Positions 10,801-21,395 are shown, counted from the first letter of the stretch. The stretch is 44,037 nucleotides of DNA from Thiohalomonadales bacterium (GCA_048060815.1 JBGMQW010000001.1:1-44037); one strand, 5' to 3'. Notes: generated by a model not told the origin, from the letters alone. Translations and numbers: made by a program.

Positions 10801-12267
10801 ATGAAACAAACATTACAACTACGGCTTGGACAACACTTAACAATGACACCACAATTGCAACAGGCGATTCGCCTATTGCAATTATCGTCCACTGAACTTC
10901 AAACAGAAATTCAGGAAATTCTTGATTCTAATATGATGTTAGAATCATCAGAGGAAAATGAACCCCAAAATAGTCAGAATACGGAAAAAGATCAAACTTT
11001 AAATGATAAATCAGAAACCAGTTTAGACCTGCAAGACACAAAAATACCTGATGATTTACCAACAGATAGCAACTGGGAAGACACATTTGATCATTTACCA
11101 GTATCCGTATCTCAACCAAATTCCGATTACAGTAACCAATCTCATGAGATACTCAATGACCGAACTGAAAGTTTACAGGAAACGCTAAATTGGCAATTAA
11201 ATCTAACCACTTTTACCGATACTGATTTAGTGATAGCAACACACATTATAGATTCCATTAATGATGATGGTTATTTATCATTAACTACTCAGGATCTTCA
11301 CACAAATATAAATAAAGATCGAGATGCAATACTTGATGAAATTGAACTCGATGAAATTGAAGCCGTATTGCATAGAATCCAAACTTTTGATCCTCCAGGT
11401 ATAGCTGCACGAGATTTGCAAGAAAATTTGTCAATTCAGCTAACATTACTTAATAATAATGATGCAGATTTTAAGCTTGCTGTTTTATTAGTTTCTGATT
11501 TTTTCGATTTATTAGCAAATAGAGACTACCAACAAATCATGCGACGCATGAAACTGGATGAAGAACAATTAGCTACAGTACTTGATATTATTACATCACT
11601 TAATCCAAGGCCAGGTAGTCAAATTACCGATCAAAAACCTGAATACGTGATACCGGATGTTTCAGTAAAAAAAATAAATGGCAGCTGGAAAGTTAAATTA
11701 AATAAAGATAATACCCCAAACTTAAGAATTAATTCATATTATGCTGCTCTAATTAAACAAGTTAAAAATAATGCAGATAGTTCAACATTAAAAGATCACT
11801 TACAGGAAGCTAAATGGTTCATAAAAAGCTTATCCAGCCGTAATGACACTTTGCTGAAAGTTGCTAATTCTATTGTTAAACATCAAAGAGCATTTCTTGA
11901 ATACGGTGAAGAAGCAATGAAAGCTCTGGTGTTACACGATATCGCTGAAGAAGTAGAAATGCATGAATCCACTATATCCAGAGTCACCACGAAAAAATAC
12001 ATGCATACTCCAAGAGGAATATTTGAACTTAAGTATTTTTTTTCCAGCCATGTTTCTACTACTAATGGAGGTGAATGCTCAGCAACGGCTATCAGAGCCC
12101 TAATCAAAAAACTCGTTACTAGTGAAAACAGGAAAAAACCCTTTAGTGACAACAAACTTGCTGAAATATTATCAGAACAAGGAATTAAAATCGCTAGGCG
12201 AACTATAGCAAAATATCGTGAATCACTTGCGATACCACCATCAAATGAAAGGAAAAGACTCCAATGA
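10801..12267 (+). CDS. rpoN: RNA polymerase sigma-54 factor RpoN
   Basis: N-terminus LQLRLGQHLTMTPQLQQAIRLLQLS, an acidic region II, and the C-terminal RpoN box ARRTIAKYRE. Confidence 0.96.
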   Translation: MKQTLQLRLGQHLTMTPQLQQAIRLLQLSSTELQTEIQEILDSNMMLESSEENEPQNSQNTEKDQTLNDKSETSLDLQDTKIPDDLPTDSNWEDTFDHLPVSVSQPNSDYSNQSHEILNDRTESLQETLNWQLNLTTFTDTDLVIATHIIDSINDDGYLSLTTQDLHTNINKDRDAILDEIELDEIEAVLHRIQTFDPPGIAARDLQENLSIQLTLLNNNDADFKLAVLLVSDFFDLLANRDYQQIMRRMKLDEEQLATVLDIITSLNPRPGSQITDQKPEYVIPDVSVKKINGSWKVKLNKDNTPNLRINSYYAALIKQVKNNADSSTLKDHLQEAKWFIKSLSSRNDTLLKVANSIVKHQRAFLEYGEEAMKALVLHDIAEEVEMHESTISRVTTKKYMHTPRGIFELKYFFSSHVSTTNGGECSATAIRALIKKLVTSENRKKPFSDNKLAEILSEQGIKIARRTIAKYRESLAIPPSNERKRLQ

Positions 12268-12304
12268 GAATATCATTAACATCAGATAAAAAAGAGGTGA
12301 TAAT

Positions 12305-12643
12305 ATGCAAATAAATGTAACCGGGCACCACATCGAAGTAACTGATTCGTTACATGATTATATTAAAAATAAATTTGAACGACTGGAACGACATTTTGAT
12401 AAGGTAACCAATATAAATGTGATTTTAAATGTTGAAAAATTAGACCAAAAAGCGGAAGCTACCTTAAATTTAAAAGGTAACAAAATATTTGCTGAGGCGA
12501 TTAATGCAGATATGTATGCATCAATTGATGCACTACTAGATAAACTGGACAGGCAAATTTGCAAACACAAAGAAAAAATAACAGATCATCATCGTAGTGA
12601 AGGAAGCATACGTAAACAAGAACAATTCGAGGATCAAATATAA
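12305..12643 (+). CDS. hpf: Ribosome hibernation promoting factor (short HPF/YhbH type)
   Basis: 112 aa, MQINVTGHHIEVTDSL..YI..K..RLERHF; lies immediately after rpoN. Confidence 0.9.
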   Translation: MQINVTGHHIEVTDSLHDYIKNKFERLERHFDKVTNINVILNVEKLDQKAEATLNLKGNKIFAEAINADMYASIDALLDKLDRQICKHKEKITDHHRSEGSIRKQEQFEDQI

Positions 12644-12647
12644 AACA

Positions 12648-13103
12648 ATGGAATTAACTGATTTAATTTCTCCTGATCGTATTGCATGTAATGTTGAAGC
12701 AACTAGTAAAAAAAAAGCGCTAGAAACATTAAGCGATTTAATAAGTAGTGCAGACACCAAGTTTTCATCTATCGATGTATTCAGCAGTCTTCTTGCGCGC
12801 GAACGATTAGGAGGAACAGGAGTAGGACATGGCGTAGCTATTCCACATGGACGTTTAAAAAATAGTGCAAATAAAACAATAGGCGCATTGATTAAACTAA
12901 AATATGGTGTTGATTTTGATACTCTGGATAATAAGCCAGTTGATTTATTATTTGCGCTATTGGTTCCAGAAAATTCAACAGATGAGCATCTTCAAGTTTT
13001 AGCAGTTCTTGCATCTCTATTTGAACAAGCCGATTTTAGAGAAAAACTTCGTGAAGCAGATTCACCTGAAAAGGTATTTCAACTTATTAAAGAATGGCAA
13101 TAA
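12648..13103 (+). CDS. ptsN: Nitrogen-PTS EIIA-Ntr (PtsN)
   Basis: 151 aa from ATG 12648 (MELTDLISPDRI) with the phospho-His region GVGHGVAIPHGR. The track start at 12597 is a GTG overlapping hpf. Contains an in-frame A9 run (12708..12716, KKK). Confidence 0.9.
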   Translation: MELTDLISPDRIACNVEATSKKKALETLSDLISSADTKFSSIDVFSSLLARERLGGTGVGHGVAIPHGRLKNSANKTIGALIKLKYGVDFDTLDNKPVDLLFALLVPENSTDEHLQVLAVLASLFEQADFREKLREADSPEKVFQLIKEWQ

Positions 13104-13118
13104 AAGTATTATTCCGTT

Positions 13119-14063
13119 ATGAGTAAAATATTTACTGCACAACGGCTTTATAAAGACTTCAAAACCCGTTTATCTCTTTCTTGGGCAACAACTAAAAATG
13201 AAGATAAACGTTATGAGTCAATTGTTGCACCTGAAAATCAGCAACGCAGCTTAATCGGGCACCTTAATTTAATAAGACCGAATTACATTCAAGTAATAGG
13301 ACAGTCAGAGCTTGATTATTTAATGTCACTCGGTAAAAACTCCCGGCAAGATGCTATAGCAACACTATTAATTCATACTCCAGTCATTGTCATTTTAGCG
13401 GATTCTATATCTGAAATTCCCGGGCTGACTAACAACGCTAATATATCCGGTACTCCCATTTTAAAAAGTATTGAAAACAGCATTAATATTATTGATAGCA
13501 TACAATATGACTATTCCGGTATATTCTCCGGCCATATAAACATGCATGGTGTTTTCATGGAAGTAATGGGTATCGGTGTGCTGTTAACAGGAGAGAGCAA
13601 TATTGGTAAAAGTGAATTAGCATTAGCATTAATTTCTCGTGGCCATCGGCTCATTGCAGACGACTCGCCTGAGTTTTTGCGTGACGCTCCAGACGTTATT
13701 ACCGGTACATGTCCTGCTGTTTTAAAAGACTTTCTTGAAGTAAGGGGCCTTGGTATTTTAAACATTAGAGCAATGTATGGTGACAATTCAATCGTGGCTT
13801 ATAAACGATTACGATTAATAATACACCTGGCTGAGTTGACTATTTCAGAAAGTCAGGAGATTGATCGACTTGGTAGTAAGCCTCATAGTATAACGATATT
13901 AAATGTAGAGATTCCTAAAACAGTTATTCCTGTTGCGCCAGGCAGACATCTAGCTGTTATTGTTGAAGCAGCTGTACGAAATCAAGTTTTAATTATGAAT
14001 GGTTATGATGCTTCAAGCGATTTTATACAAAGGCAACAAAATATAATTTTAAATAAAAATTAA
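13119..14063 (+). CDS. hprK: HPr kinase/phosphorylase HprK
   Basis: Full-length 314 aa. P-loop GESNIGKSELALALISRGHRLIADD, and EVRGLGILNI matches the HprK signature. Confidence 0.9.
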   Translation: MSKIFTAQRLYKDFKTRLSLSWATTKNEDKRYESIVAPENQQRSLIGHLNLIRPNYIQVIGQSELDYLMSLGKNSRQDAIATLLIHTPVIVILADSISEIPGLTNNANISGTPILKSIENSINIIDSIQYDYSGIFSGHINMHGVFMEVMGIGVLLTGESNIGKSELALALISRGHRLIADDSPEFLRDAPDVITGTCPAVLKDFLEVRGLGILNIRAMYGDNSIVAYKRLRLIIHLAELTISESQEIDRLGSKPHSITILNVEIPKTVIPVAPGRHLAVIVEAAVRNQVLIMNGYDASSDFIQRQQNIILNKN

Positions 14064-14084
14064 AATGAATAACAGGATTTATAT

Positions 14085-14939
14085 ATGCGTTTAGTTATTC
14101 TCAGTGGATTGTCAGGATCTGGAAAAAGTAATGCCCTTCATGTATTAGAGGATCATGATTTTTATTGCATTGATAATTTACCCATTAATTTGTTACAAGC
14201 ATTTGCAGAAGATATAATAAATTCAAAAAATCAAGGCCCTGATAACTTTGCTGTTGGGATTGATGCACGAAATTTAACTACTATTTTAGATGACTTTGAA
14301 GATATGCTCGAAAATTTAAATACCAAAGAGTTACAATGTGAGGTTATCTACCTTAAAGCAACTGACGATGTCATTATTAAACGCTTCAGTGAGACTAGAA
14401 GAAAACATCCTCTTACTAATAACAAAACTTCATTAAATGAAGCCATAAAAAAAGAAAAATATTTACTCGAACCAATTTCACGATGCGCTCAAATAACATT
14501 TGATACATCCTATACTAATATACATGAACTTAGAGACATAATAACCCAAAGGATTTGTAGTGATAATTTAAACCTTACAATACAATTTCTGTCATTTGGA
14601 TTTAAACACGGTATTCCACTAAATGCAGACTATGTATTTGATGTTCGATGCCTTCCAAATCCACATTGGGAACCAGAACTTAGATCAAAAACTGGTAAAG
14701 ATGTTATTGTTCAAAATTTTTTAGAGCGCCATTCTTCTGTACGTAAAATGAGGGATGATATTATTAATTTTATCTCAGACTGGATACCTTGCTTTGAGTC
14801 AGACAATAAAAGTTACATGACCATAGCAATTGGTTGTACTGGGGGACAACATCGTTCAGTTTATTTTACTGAAAAATTATCTGAACATTTTTCTAATATT
14901 CGTGACAGCGTTCAAACACGGCATCGAGAATTATCATGA
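14085..14939 (+). CDS. rapZ: RNase adapter / P-loop protein RapZ (YhbJ)
   Basis: MRLVILSGLSGSGKS Walker A and the C-terminal GCTGGQHRSV motif. Confidence 0.92.
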   Translation: MRLVILSGLSGSGKSNALHVLEDHDFYCIDNLPINLLQAFAEDIINSKNQGPDNFAVGIDARNLTTILDDFEDMLENLNTKELQCEVIYLKATDDVIIKRFSETRRKHPLTNNKTSLNEAIKKEKYLLEPISRCAQITFDTSYTNIHELRDIITQRICSDNLNLTIQFLSFGFKHGIPLNADYVFDVRCLPNPHWEPELRSKTGKDVIVQNFLERHSSVRKMRDDIINFISDWIPCFESDNKSYMTIAIGCTGGQHRSVYFTEKLSEHFSNIRDSVQTRHRELS

Positions 14940-15328
14940 GTGTCGGTCTATTAATCATAACTCATAAAAATATTGGGAAATCTTTATTAGATGCTGCTTC
15001 AGCTGTACTAGGACGCTGCCCCTTAAAAGCAATTACAGTGTCAATTGAAAATAATTCCGATCCTGATCGTAAAAGCGATATAGTAAAAAAACATATAAAC
15101 AAACTTGGTAGTGATGAAGGAATATTAATACTTACTGATATGTATGGTTCGACTCCCAGCAATATAGCATGTAGACATGTATCAAAAAACATTAAAGCTG
15201 TTTCCGGATTAAATCTTCCTATGTTAGTCCGTGTCCTAAATTATCCTGATTTGGATTTAAATCAACTTATCGCTAAAGCCACATCAGGTGGAATCGAAGG
15301 CGTTATGAGTTGTAAAAACGAAGATTAA
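14936..15328 (+). CDS. PTS EIIA component, mannose/fructose family, stand-alone
   Basis: 130 aa. The N-terminal GLLIITHKNIG carries the family phospho-His. ATGA overlap with the rapZ stop. Confidence 0.82.
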   Translation: MSVGLLIITHKNIGKSLLDAASAVLGRCPLKAITVSIENNSDPDRKSDIVKKHINKLGSDEGILILTDMYGSTPSNIACRHVSKNIKAVSGLNLPMLVRVLNYPDLDLNQLIAKATSGGIEGVMSCKNED

Positions 15329-15329
15329 A

Positions 15330-15599
15330 ATGATAAATTATAATATAACAATTATTAATAAATTAGGTCTGCATGCTCGTGCCGCAGCAAAATTTGTTAC
15401 TATTGCATCAAAATTTGAATCGACAATTGACATTGAATGTAAAAAAAATAAAGTCAATGGTAAAAGTATTATGGGAGTAATGATGTTAGCCGCATCAAAA
15501 GGTACTGACATTGAATTAATAATATCAGGAATTGATGAAGAACAAGCATTCAAGGCGCTTTCAACATTAATTAATAATCGATTTGATGAAAAAGAATAA
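15330..15599 (+). CDS. ptsH: Phosphocarrier protein HPr/NPr
   Basis: 89 aa with His15 context GLHARAA and Ser46 context GKSIMG, the site HprK targets. Confidence 0.9.
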   Translation: MINYNITIINKLGLHARAAAKFVTIASKFESTIDIECKKNKVNGKSIMGVMMLAASKGTDIELIISGIDEEQAFKALSTLINNRFDEKE

Positions 15600-15687
15600 T
15601 TCTATATTGATTTTTTGAAAACATAAATATATAAATTAACAGTACCTGAATAAATTATTTTTTTTATAAATATAGGTTATTTGTAAT

Positions 15688-17436
15688 ATGACTTTAATTT
15701 TAAATGGCACAGGAGTATCTAGTGGCATCGCGATAGGTGAAGTCATTATATTAGAAAAAAATAAATTTGATATATCCGAATATACAATACCTGCTGATGA
15801 AATAGAAAATGAAATAAAACGTTACCGCGAAGCAATATCTATAGCTAAAAATAATTTACAAGACATTCGTGAACATATTTCTAATTCTGCACCTGAAGAT
15901 ATAGCTGCATTTATTGATGCACATTTATTAATGCTCTATGATGCAACTCTGGCAATTGCTCCGATTGAAATAATTAAATCACAAAAATGTAATGCTGAAT
16001 GGGCTTTGAAAATTCAACGTGATAAATTAATTTCAGTTTTCATGGCAATGGAAGATCCGTATCTGCGAACTCGAAGTGAAGATATTGAACATGTGTCTAA
16101 CTCCGTTTTATCAATTTTACTAAAAAATACCGTATCATTATCATCAATTTCCGGAACAGAAAATAATATAAAAAATAAAATACTGGTAACAATGGATCTC
16201 ACTCCTGCTGATACAGTTCTTATTCAACAACAAGGTTTCAATGGTTTTGTTATTGAAGCTGGTGGTTTAACATCACATACTGCAATATTAGCTCGAAGTT
16301 TAAAAATCCCTGCCATTGTTGGAATGTCAAATGTACTTAAGCTTATTAAGAATAATGAAACAATTATAATTGATGGTACAACTGGAATATTAATATCTGG
16401 TGATAATAAAAATACAATTCAATATTATAAAAACAAAAATACTAAACACCAGGAACACATAAGGAAATTAATTTCAACACAAAATCTACCATGCGTAACA
16501 CTTGATGGAACCAATATAACTTTAAGAGCAAATATTGAACTTCCAAATGATATTCAAGAGGTAAATGAAATAGGTGCTGAAGGTGTTGGCTTATATCGCA
16601 CTGAGTTTTTATTTATGAACCGGAAAAACAGTCCAAGCGAACAAGAACAGTATGAAACCTATGTTAAAATAGCACAACAGATTCAAAACCACCCTTTAAC
16701 AATACGAACTTTTGATTTAGGAGCTGATAAACAGGTTGATGGAGCACAAAAAGATTTACCGACCACAACCAATCCAGCATTGGGATTACGAGCTATTCGA
16801 TTGTGCTTTAAAGAACCACAACTTTTTATTCCACAAATACGTGCAATTTTACGTGTTTCTGCCAAATATAAGCTACGAATTTTGATTCCAATGTTATCAA
16901 ATTCACATGAACTGGATCAGATACTAAACATTATTAATGATGTAAAACACAGTTTAAATTCACAAAATATTAAATTCGACAAAAATATTATGATTGGAGC
17001 AATGATTGAGGTTCCAGCAGCAGCTTTATCAGCAGAAATTTTCGCTCAAAAGATGGATTTTTTATCAATAGGAACTAATGACTTAATACAATATACTCTT
17101 GCTGTGGATAGAATAGATGAAAGCGTTAACTACCTCTATGATCCAATTAATCCTGCAGTATTAAGACTGATTAAAATGACAATAGATGCAGGAGAGAAAT
17201 ATAATATTCCAGTATCAATGTGTGGTGAAATGGCAGGTGACATTCGATATACCTGTTTATTGTTAGGAATGGGGCTAAATGAGTTCAGTATGCATCCTGG
17301 TACGATACCTGAAATCAAATATAAAATTCAAAAATGTAATTTGAAAAATATCAAAAATCAGGTTTCTAAACTTTCAAGTTGTTCAACAATGCATAAATAT
17401 CATGATATTCTTGATAAATTAGATAATATCAACTAA
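15688..17436 (+). CDS. ptsI: PTS Enzyme I (PtsI type, no GAF domain)
   Basis: 582 aa. Phospho-His region GGLTSHTAILARSL, PEP-utiliser signature GLYRTEFLF, and C-terminal MCGEMAG. Confidence 0.93.
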   Translation: MTLILNGTGVSSGIAIGEVIILEKNKFDISEYTIPADEIENEIKRYREAISIAKNNLQDIREHISNSAPEDIAAFIDAHLLMLYDATLAIAPIEIIKSQKCNAEWALKIQRDKLISVFMAMEDPYLRTRSEDIEHVSNSVLSILLKNTVSLSSISGTENNIKNKILVTMDLTPADTVLIQQQGFNGFVIEAGGLTSHTAILARSLKIPAIVGMSNVLKLIKNNETIIIDGTTGILISGDNKNTIQYYKNKNTKHQEHIRKLISTQNLPCVTLDGTNITLRANIELPNDIQEVNEIGAEGVGLYRTEFLFMNRKNSPSEQEQYETYVKIAQQIQNHPLTIRTFDLGADKQVDGAQKDLPTTTNPALGLRAIRLCFKEPQLFIPQIRAILRVSAKYKLRILIPMLSNSHELDQILNIINDVKHSLNSQNIKFDKNIMIGAMIEVPAAALSAEIFAQKMDFLSIGTNDLIQYTLAVDRIDESVNYLYDPINPAVLRLIKMTIDAGEKYNIPVSMCGEMAGDIRYTCLLLGMGLNEFSMHPGTIPEIKYKIQKCNLKNIKNQVSKLSSCSTMHKYHDILDKLDNIN

Positions 17437-17685
17437 TTTTGCGGTCTTTCACAATTAATATGAAACCCAAAAAACTTCATTAATAAAAAGTAATCCTGCC
17501 GTAGTTTATAACACACTAAATTTGAACTATAATCCCAGCTGGATCTCATATAATATAAAGATAAAGATGATAACTGATTATTAATATTTCCAGACAAAAC
17601 CATATACACTTGAATTATTTGGCTGGTAAATATAGTAGTCTTACTCCTTTACTGAATTATCTCAATCAGATTAAGAGCTTTCCGT

Positions 17686-19029
17686 ATGGCTGAACAACCA
17701 ATAAACTCATTAAATCAACTGACATATGCATTGTTAGCAAATGATTATGAGCATGTCACTCGAATATTACAAAAACTTCACCCGGCAGAAATTGCACATA
17801 TTTTTGAAGCACTAACAACTTCTCAACGAGAACTAGCCTGGCCTTATGTCGCTCATGAACATGAAGGTGAAATTTTACTACATCTAAATGATGAAGTTCG
17901 AAGCAATCTAATCGATACGATGGATAGCAAACAATTAATAGCGGCAACAGAAACTCTTGAAGCTGATGAATTAGCCGATATACTTCCTGAAATGCCACAG
18001 GAAGTAATTAATGAATTACTCATGAGCATGGAGGATCAAGAAAGAAGTCGTTTAGAATCGGTTCTTTCATACGATGAAGATTCAGCTGGTGGATTAATGG
18101 ATTTAAATACCGTTGTTGTTCGTGCGGATATTAACCTTGATGTAGTATCGCGATATTTACGACTTAGAAGTGAGTTACCAAATGGCACAGATAATTTATT
18201 CGTAGTGGATAGAGTGGGAATATATCTTGGTACTTTACCATTAATTGATCTTCTTACAAACCAACCAGATTTAAAAGTTTCAGATTTAATTAAAACAGAT
18301 GTTGATGCAATTTTGGCATCAATGCCAGCAAATGAGGTTGCTCTAATATTTGAGCAACGTGACTTAATTTCAGCTCCTGTTGTTGATAGTGAGAATAAAT
18401 TATTAGGTCGTATAACTATAGATGACATAGTTGATGTTATCCGTGATGAATCCGATCATTCGTTTATGAGTATGGCAGGATTACATGAAGATAATGACAT
18501 GTTTGCACCTGTATTAACCAGTACTCGGAAACGAACACTTTGGTTAGGAATTAATTTATTAACTGCATTTTTAGCATCATGGGTAATTGCACATTTTACA
18601 GTCGCATTAGAAAAAATTGTAGCATTGGCTATTTTAATGCCAATAGTCGCAAGCATGGGTGGTATAGCAGGAAGTCAGACACTAACATTAGTCATACGTG
18701 GATTAGCCTTGGGGCAAGTTAGCGAGATCAACTCAAAACGATTGTTACAAAAAGAACTTTTAATCGGCATTTCTAATGGCATAATCTGGTCACTAGTTGT
18801 TGCAGTTATTGTTGGAATTTGGTTTGATTTTCCTCAACTAAGTTTAATCATAGCTTTTGCAATGATGATAACTCTGGTTCTGGCAGCAGCAGCAGGGGCA
18901 ATTATCCCTATAGCATTAAACAAGATAGGAGCAGATCCAGCACTTGCTGGTGGAGTTGTATTAACAACTATTACAGACATTGTCGGCTTTTTTACATTTT
19001 TAGGAATAGCGACCATATATCTAATTTAA
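17686..19029 (+). CDS. mgtE: Magnesium transporter MgtE
   Basis: 447 aa with an MgtE N-domain, a CBS pair, and a C-terminal 5-TM domain (PIVASMGGIAGSQT ... GGVVLTTITDIVGF). Confidence 0.92.
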   Translation: MAEQPINSLNQLTYALLANDYEHVTRILQKLHPAEIAHIFEALTTSQRELAWPYVAHEHEGEILLHLNDEVRSNLIDTMDSKQLIAATETLEADELADILPEMPQEVINELLMSMEDQERSRLESVLSYDEDSAGGLMDLNTVVVRADINLDVVSRYLRLRSELPNGTDNLFVVDRVGIYLGTLPLIDLLTNQPDLKVSDLIKTDVDAILASMPANEVALIFEQRDLISAPVVDSENKLLGRITIDDIVDVIRDESDHSFMSMAGLHEDNDMFAPVLTSTRKRTLWLGINLLTAFLASWVIAHFTVALEKIVALAILMPIVASMGGIAGSQTLTLVIRGLALGQVSEINSKRLLQKELLIGISNGIIWSLVVAVIVGIWFDFPQLSLIIAFAMMITLVLAAAAGAIIPIALNKIGADPALAGGVVLTTITDIVGFFTFLGIATIYLI

Positions 19030-19157
19030 TATTATATTTTTCGTTGTGCACTTCTGAAATATCTGCGGTTAAAGTTTTTATACTAATAGCTTGATTTCCT
19101 GGCGAAGTTACGTTATAAATCTATTAAGGAATTTTGCATTAACTCGTAAGGAAATGA

Positions 19158-19385
19158 ATGATGGCTAAATCGAAAAGAATTCGTTGGGAAGATGTTTATC
19201 AATGTGAGATTCCAGCTCAAGCAAAGTTAATAACAAGTGTGCTTCATGCAAATGGACTTCATGCAAAAGTACAACGAAAAAAAGCAAAAGAAAATAACAT
19301 CACTGTTCCATTTGTTCGGGTGAAAAAAAATCAGGCCAAACATGCAAAAGTATTATTGTTAAATTATAATCTGTCTTTATTATAA
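19158..19385 (+). CDS. Small basic hypothetical protein (faintly DUF2007-like)
   Basis: 75-aa ORF with an SD (AAGGAAA) about 7 nt upstream. The family assignment is only a weak impression. Confidence 0.4.
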   Translation: MMAKSKRIRWEDVYQCEIPAQAKLITSVLHANGLHAKVQRKKAKENNITVPFVRVKKNQAKHAKVLLLNYNLSLL

Positions 19386-19399
19386 TCGGTATTTAAAAT

Positions 19400-20770
19400 T
19401 TAGTTTCCTGCTATTTGCATCTGTTCAATTAGAATTGAACCACAATGGATATTACCTCTGATATCAACATCATTTGCAATATTAACGATTGAAGAAAACA
19501 TATCCCTTAAATTTCCTGCCACCGTAATTTCTTCAACAGGATATTGTATCTCTCCATTTTCAACCCAAAAACCAGTTGCTCCACGCGAATAGTCACCATT
19601 AACCATATTAATGCCCTGTCCCATTAATTCAGTAATATATAAGCCAGTACCCATCGTTTTTAATAATTTAGCCAAATCAATTTCTTCTAATTTATTCTTA
19701 ATTCTAATATTTCGAACACCACCGGCATTTCCTGTACTCGACATTCCTAGTTTACGTGCAGAATAACTGCTGAGAACATAATTTTGTACAATACCATTTG
19801 ATACCCACTCTCGTGCCTGTGTAGCAACACCTTCACTATCAAATGCCGCACTACCTAAACCTTTAGAAATATGGGGTGATTCAGTTATTGACAAAAATTC
19901 AGGGAATATTTTTGTATTAATACTATTTAACAGGAATGTCGCATCCCGGTACATCAAAGAACCACTTATTCCATGAATAAAATGACTAATTAATCCACTT
20001 GCTACTTCAGAACTATAAATAACGGGAGATTGCATTGTCTCAATTTTTCGACTATCTAAACGAGCTAAAGTTCGTTTGGCTACTTTAGTTGCAATACTAT
20101 TAATACTTTCAAGATCCTGTCCATCACGGGCTATTGAATACCAATAATCTCGTTGCATAGAATTGTTTGATTCGGCTATTAATGCACAATTTATGCTATG
20201 ACGTGTGCTTGGATAATGTCCCAAAAATCCATGGCTGTTACCATAAATACGCAGACCACTATGGCTATTAACTGAAGCTCCCTCTGAATTGGTGATACGC
20301 GAATCAAAATTTCGAGCCAAATTTTCACAATCTCGAGCAATTTCAATTGCAGTTTCAGTTGTAAGATCCCAGGGATGATATAGATCCAGGTTGGGAAATT
20401 CCGAAGCCATTAATGATTTATCAGCTAATCCTGCATACTTATCTTCAGAGGTATAACGAGCTATATCACATGCAGCAGTTACTGTATTTATAATCGCTTT
20501 TTCAGAATAATCTGTAGTACTGGCAGATCCTTTACGATGATCAAAATATACAGTTATTCCTAGACCCTTATCGCGATTATGCTCAATTGTTTCAACTTCA
20601 CCTAATCGAACTGTTACAGACAATCCAGACTCAATACTTGCAGCAGCTTCAGCTTGCGACGCACCATTTTTAGTTGCTTGATTCAAAATTAGATCAATTA
20701 ATTGTTTTAATCGAGAAACATCGGGTAATTTATTTTCTGTAAATATAGTTTTTGCAAGTGAACTTGGCAT
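19400..20770 (-). CDS. pmbA: Metalloprotease subunit PmbA (TldE)
   Basis: 456 aa, PmbA/TldD fold family, C-terminal GFWVENGEI..PV.E.T.AGN. Lies divergent to yjgA as in E. coli. Confidence 0.9.
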   Translation of the reverse strand: MPSSLAKTIFTENKLPDVSRLKQLIDLILNQATKNGASQAEAAASIESGLSVTVRLGEVETIEHNRDKGLGITVYFDHRKGSASTTDYSEKAIINTVTAACDIARYTSEDKYAGLADKSLMASEFPNLDLYHPWDLTTETAIEIARDCENLARNFDSRITNSEGASVNSHSGLRIYGNSHGFLGHYPSTRHSINCALIAESNNSMQRDYWYSIARDGQDLESINSIATKVAKRTLARLDSRKIETMQSPVIYSSEVASGLISHFIHGISGSLMYRDATFLLNSINTKIFPEFLSITESPHISKGLGSAAFDSEGVATQAREWVSNGIVQNYVLSSYSARKLGMSSTGNAGGVRNIRIKNKLEEIDLAKLLKTMGTGLYITELMGQGINMVNGDYSRGATGFWVENGEIQYPVEEITVAGNLRDMFSSIVNIANDVDIRGNIHCGSILIEQMQIAGN

Positions 20771-20863
20771 AAAATTCTCGTATAATTAATTATAAATATC
20801 TTATTTTACGTCTGTATGTAATAAGATTCAAACATTCTATTACATTATGATACTTTCTGCATT

Positions 20864-21373
20864 ATGAATGAAATTCGACAAGACAAACCAAGCAAATCAC
20901 AGCTAAAAAGAGCAGCTGAAAAATGTCAAGACCTCGGAAGTTTGCTGGTAAAATTACCTATTAGTGTATTACAAAATTTTCCTCTACCCGATGACTTATT
21001 CAATGCTATAAAATTAGCACAATCTATAAAACAAAATGGTGCATTAAAACGCCAATTGCAATTCATTGGGAAATTAATGCGTCATTTAGATACAAATAAC
21101 ATACAGGATATGTATGACAACTATTATTTAAAACAAAATCAAAGCAAAAAAGCATTCCATATCTATGAAGATTGGCGAGATAAATTTCTAAATAATGACA
21201 ATGCAGTTTTTAATGACTTTACAACTCTATATCCTGATGTTGATCGCCAACATTTACACCAATTACAACGACATGCCATTAATGAAAGAAAACAACAAAA
21301 ACCGCCAAAATATGCCCGTTTATTATTTAGCTATATAAAAGAAAATATTGATAAAAAGAGTAATAATGAGTAG
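20864..21373 (+). CDS. yjgA: Ribosome-associated protein YjgA/DarP (DUF615)
   Basis: 169 aa. SKSQLKRAAEK...LG..LV.L and LKRQLQFIGKLMR match E. coli YjgA. Confidence 0.85.
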   Translation: MNEIRQDKPSKSQLKRAAEKCQDLGSLLVKLPISVLQNFPLPDDLFNAIKLAQSIKQNGALKRQLQFIGKLMRHLDTNNIQDMYDNYYLKQNQSKKAFHIYEDWRDKFLNNDNAVFNDFTTLYPDVDRQHLHQLQRHAINERKQQKPPKYARLLFSYIKENIDKKSNNE

Positions 21374-21395
21374 TAAAATTAATTAGGTTTCCCTA

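Noticed and set aside
17437-17685. An M-box (ykoK) Mg2+ riboswitch upstream of mgtE.
   Set aside because: No GC-rich conserved helices or M-box core motifs are visible by eye, and the region is nearly all A/T. The long leader is retained only as a low-interest observation.
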